A stretch of 63,054 nt of DNA, counting the filler, from Rozella allomycis CSF55 (taxonomy: Eukaryota), in NCBI GenBank assembly GCA_000442015.1. It is 3 parts of 3 records of this genome, joined end to end, with 100 filler letters (N's around TTAATTAATTAA, not from the genome) between each part and the next. Parts side by side here need not be neighbours in the genome. Positions count along the whole stretch, not along the records: positions 54,402 to 63,054 come from KE561214.1; 2 more parts are not named here. One strand, given 5' to 3'. Position 1 is the first letter of the stretch. The number at the start of each line of letters is the position of its first letter. The notes beneath the pieces were generated by a model. That model had not been told where the DNA came from, searched no databases, and saw only the letters and a list, made by a program, of their open reading frames with translations. This document shows, piece after piece, positions 60,701 through 63,054 of this stretch. The translations under genes were made by a program, and so were the position numbers.

Positions 60701-63054
60701 CAGAAATTTCGGAAGACGACGATGCGAATTTGTGTTTATTTGTGAAGAAGTGTGAATTGACAGATGCAGGGTTGATCGGAAGTATAGAAGAAGAGTTGGA
60801 GACGATTGAGAATAGTCCCGAGAGACCAGATAGATTTAGCGAGATTGTAGAGAAGATTGAAGGGTTGAATGAGGATCAGAAGAGAGAAGTTGAAGATTTG
60901 TTGAGAGAATATGAAGATTTATTTCCTACTAAGCATATAGAGATGCCAGGAATTAAGGGGAGTTTGTACCACCTGGAAGTTGATCCGAGTGCTAGACCCA
61001 TTAGTTCGAGGCTTAGACGGTATTCCCAGAAGGAAAAAGAGGTTATTAAGACGGAGATCGAGTCGATGTTGGAAAACGGAATAATTGCCCCAAGTGATTC
61101 TGAGTTGAATTTCCCGATTGTTTTAGTGCCAAAACCAGATGGAACCAGATGGATCTCTTAGATTTTGTGTGAATTTTAAATTGTTGAATGCGATCACAAA
61201 GAAGGATAAATTTCCACTTCCGAGGATAGATGATTGTTTGGATTCTTTAGCGGGAAAATTATTTTATTCTGTATTGGATTGTTTTGCGGGATATTGGCAG
61301 ATGTTTCTAGATGAAGAGTCTCAAGAATATTGTTGTTTTATTTCACCGTTTGGAGTGTATAAATTCTTAAGGTTACCATTTGGTATTACGAATGCGCCAG
61401 CTCATTTTCAGAAGACATTAGAGAGAATTTTCGCTGATTTCTTGTATGATTTTCTGACATTGTATATTGATGATATTAATATCCATTCGAAGACATTTGA
61501 AGAGCATATGGAACATTTGAGGAAGTTTTTCCATCGTTGTAGAGAATTTGGTATTTCATTGAAACTATCTAAGTGTTCTTTCTTTGCTGAGAAATTTCGG
61601 TATTTGGGATTGTTAATTACTAAGGAGGGAATAAGACCAGATCCTAAGAAGGTTGATGTTTTAGTCAAGACACCAAGGCCGAGAAATGTTAAGGAATTGA
61701 GATCTTTTGTTTGTTTGGGTTCGTATTTCAGAAGATTTATTCCACATTTTACTGATGTTGTTGAGCCCTTACAATGTTTGTTAAAAGAGGGTACAGAATA
61801 TATTTGGAATATAGATTGNTTATCTAAATGTTCTTTCTTTGCTGAGAAATTTCGGTATTTGGGGTTGTTAATTACGAAGGATGTAATACGACCAGATCCT
61901 AAGAAGGTTGATGTTTTAGTCAAGACACCAAGGCCGAGAAATGTTAAGGAACTGCGATCTTTTGTTTGTTTGGGTTCGTATTTCAGAAGATTTATTCCAC
62001 ATTTTACTGATGTTGTTGAGCCCTTACAATGTTTGTTAAAAGAGGGTACAGAATATATTTGGAATATAGATTGTGAAAACGCTTTCGAAGAAATAAAGAA
62101 TTTATTGACGACTGCGCCGATTTTGAAACAACCGGATGATGTAGGATCTTTTGTGTTGTCGACTGATGCGTCTGGAGTTTCCCTGGGATCGGTTCTAGAG
62201 CAGATGGACCAAGAGGGAGTATTAAGACCAGTAGGATATTATTCGAGAAGGTTGACATCCGCGGAAAGGAATTATGCGAATTTCGAACGCGAAGGATTGG
62301 CTGTGATTGCTTCGATCAAACATTCAAACATTTTCGATGTTATTTGATTGGAAGACATTTTACTGTTTTTACTGATAATTCCGCGATATCGGCATTGTTT
62401 CGTATGAAGGATCCGAGTGGTAGAGTTATTAGATGGATTAATATGTTGTCGGAATTTGATTGCGAGATTAAGCACAGAGCCGGAAAATTGAATGTTGTTG
62501 CTGATTTCTTATCGCGCCCTACAAAGAACACGGAGTTAGAAGATGTTTTGGTAGGAGAAGAAATAAATGATGAATTTAGTGGGAAGAATTCGTTGGTTGC
62601 TTATAAGAAGTTTTTAGAGGGGGGAGAATGTAGCTCGATGTTGGTTTGTCGAGAAAATTTAGAAGGACTGTTAAGAGATTTGTTTTGATTAAAGGTTTAT
62701 TATATAGAAGATCGAAAGTCCCGTTGAGAGTATTGATGAGCAAAGAGGAATTAGAATCGTTGTTGAGGAGTTTACATGATAATCTGGGTCATTTCTCATT
62801 TCAGACTATTTGGAGTTGGATTAAAGTGAGATTTTGGCGTCCTCATTTATTTGCCGAGGTTAAGCATTTTGTATTTTCTTGTGTGCAATGTCAAAGATTT
62901 TTAATGGTGAAACCGCAGTATTCATTTGATGGAAGATCGTCTATTTCTGGATTATTTCATTGTTGGCAGTTAGATTATTTGGGTCCCTTTCCAGTTAGTG
63001 AAAATGGAAATCGGTATGTGTTGAGCTTTGTTGAGGTGTTGTCTGGATATCCTT

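Larger units (their letters stand above)
56696..63054 (+). mobile_element. Ty3/gypsy LTR retrotransposon; mosaic of several degenerate copies (int-PPT-LTR-PBS-gag-PR-RT-RH-int)
   Basis: Gag (57750-), zinc knuckle WYNCQEKGHTAVRC, protease FLDVGA, RT LPFG..YIDD, RNase H STDAS..FTDN, integrase H..GH..CVQC, D..D..E core and GPF motif; PR-RT-RH-IN order; many N joins, stops and frameshifts. Confidence 0.95.

Overview
Eukaryotic, AT-rich, very gene-dense DNA from an early-diverging fungus-like organism. Gene content, tiny introns and compaction are consistent with a Cryptomycota/Rozella-type genome; this is inference, not a database match. Three contigs are joined by artificial N44-TTAATTAATTAA-N44 linkers (22368-22467, 54302-54401), and many single-N joins carry duplicated flanks. 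About 38 protein genes can be reconstructed, most split by 26-29 nt spliceosomal introns. They include seipin, ABCE1/RLI1, TPC1, IMP1, TXNDC9, a Nam8-like and an Rco1-like gene, Spo12, CstF-64, Zim17, RPL26, an ABC1 kinase, an SDR, ferrochelatase, BRCA2 (8 BRC repeats), a Pho80 cyclin, POL3, GON4L, a Sld3/Treslin-like gene, a secreted LRR protein, CCT5, MED6, Rab7, DOT1, an SMG5-like gene, an MFS transporter, GCH1 and ECO1. The last ~6.4 kb is a mosaic of Ty3/gypsy retrotransposon copies. Best leads: (1) a POL3 intron made of four back-to-back 27-28 nt mini-introns with zero-length exons (candidate recursive splicing), plus a possible second two-unit case; (2) a gypsy element with AGTTA/TAACT LTR ends and a primer-binding site complementary to the anticodon arm of tRNA-Ile(IAU); (3) a candidate H/ACA RNA; (4) a tandem 8-BRC BRCA2 and a CAP-C/SEC-C fusion. 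Exon boundaries were derived by hand and are approximate where stated.
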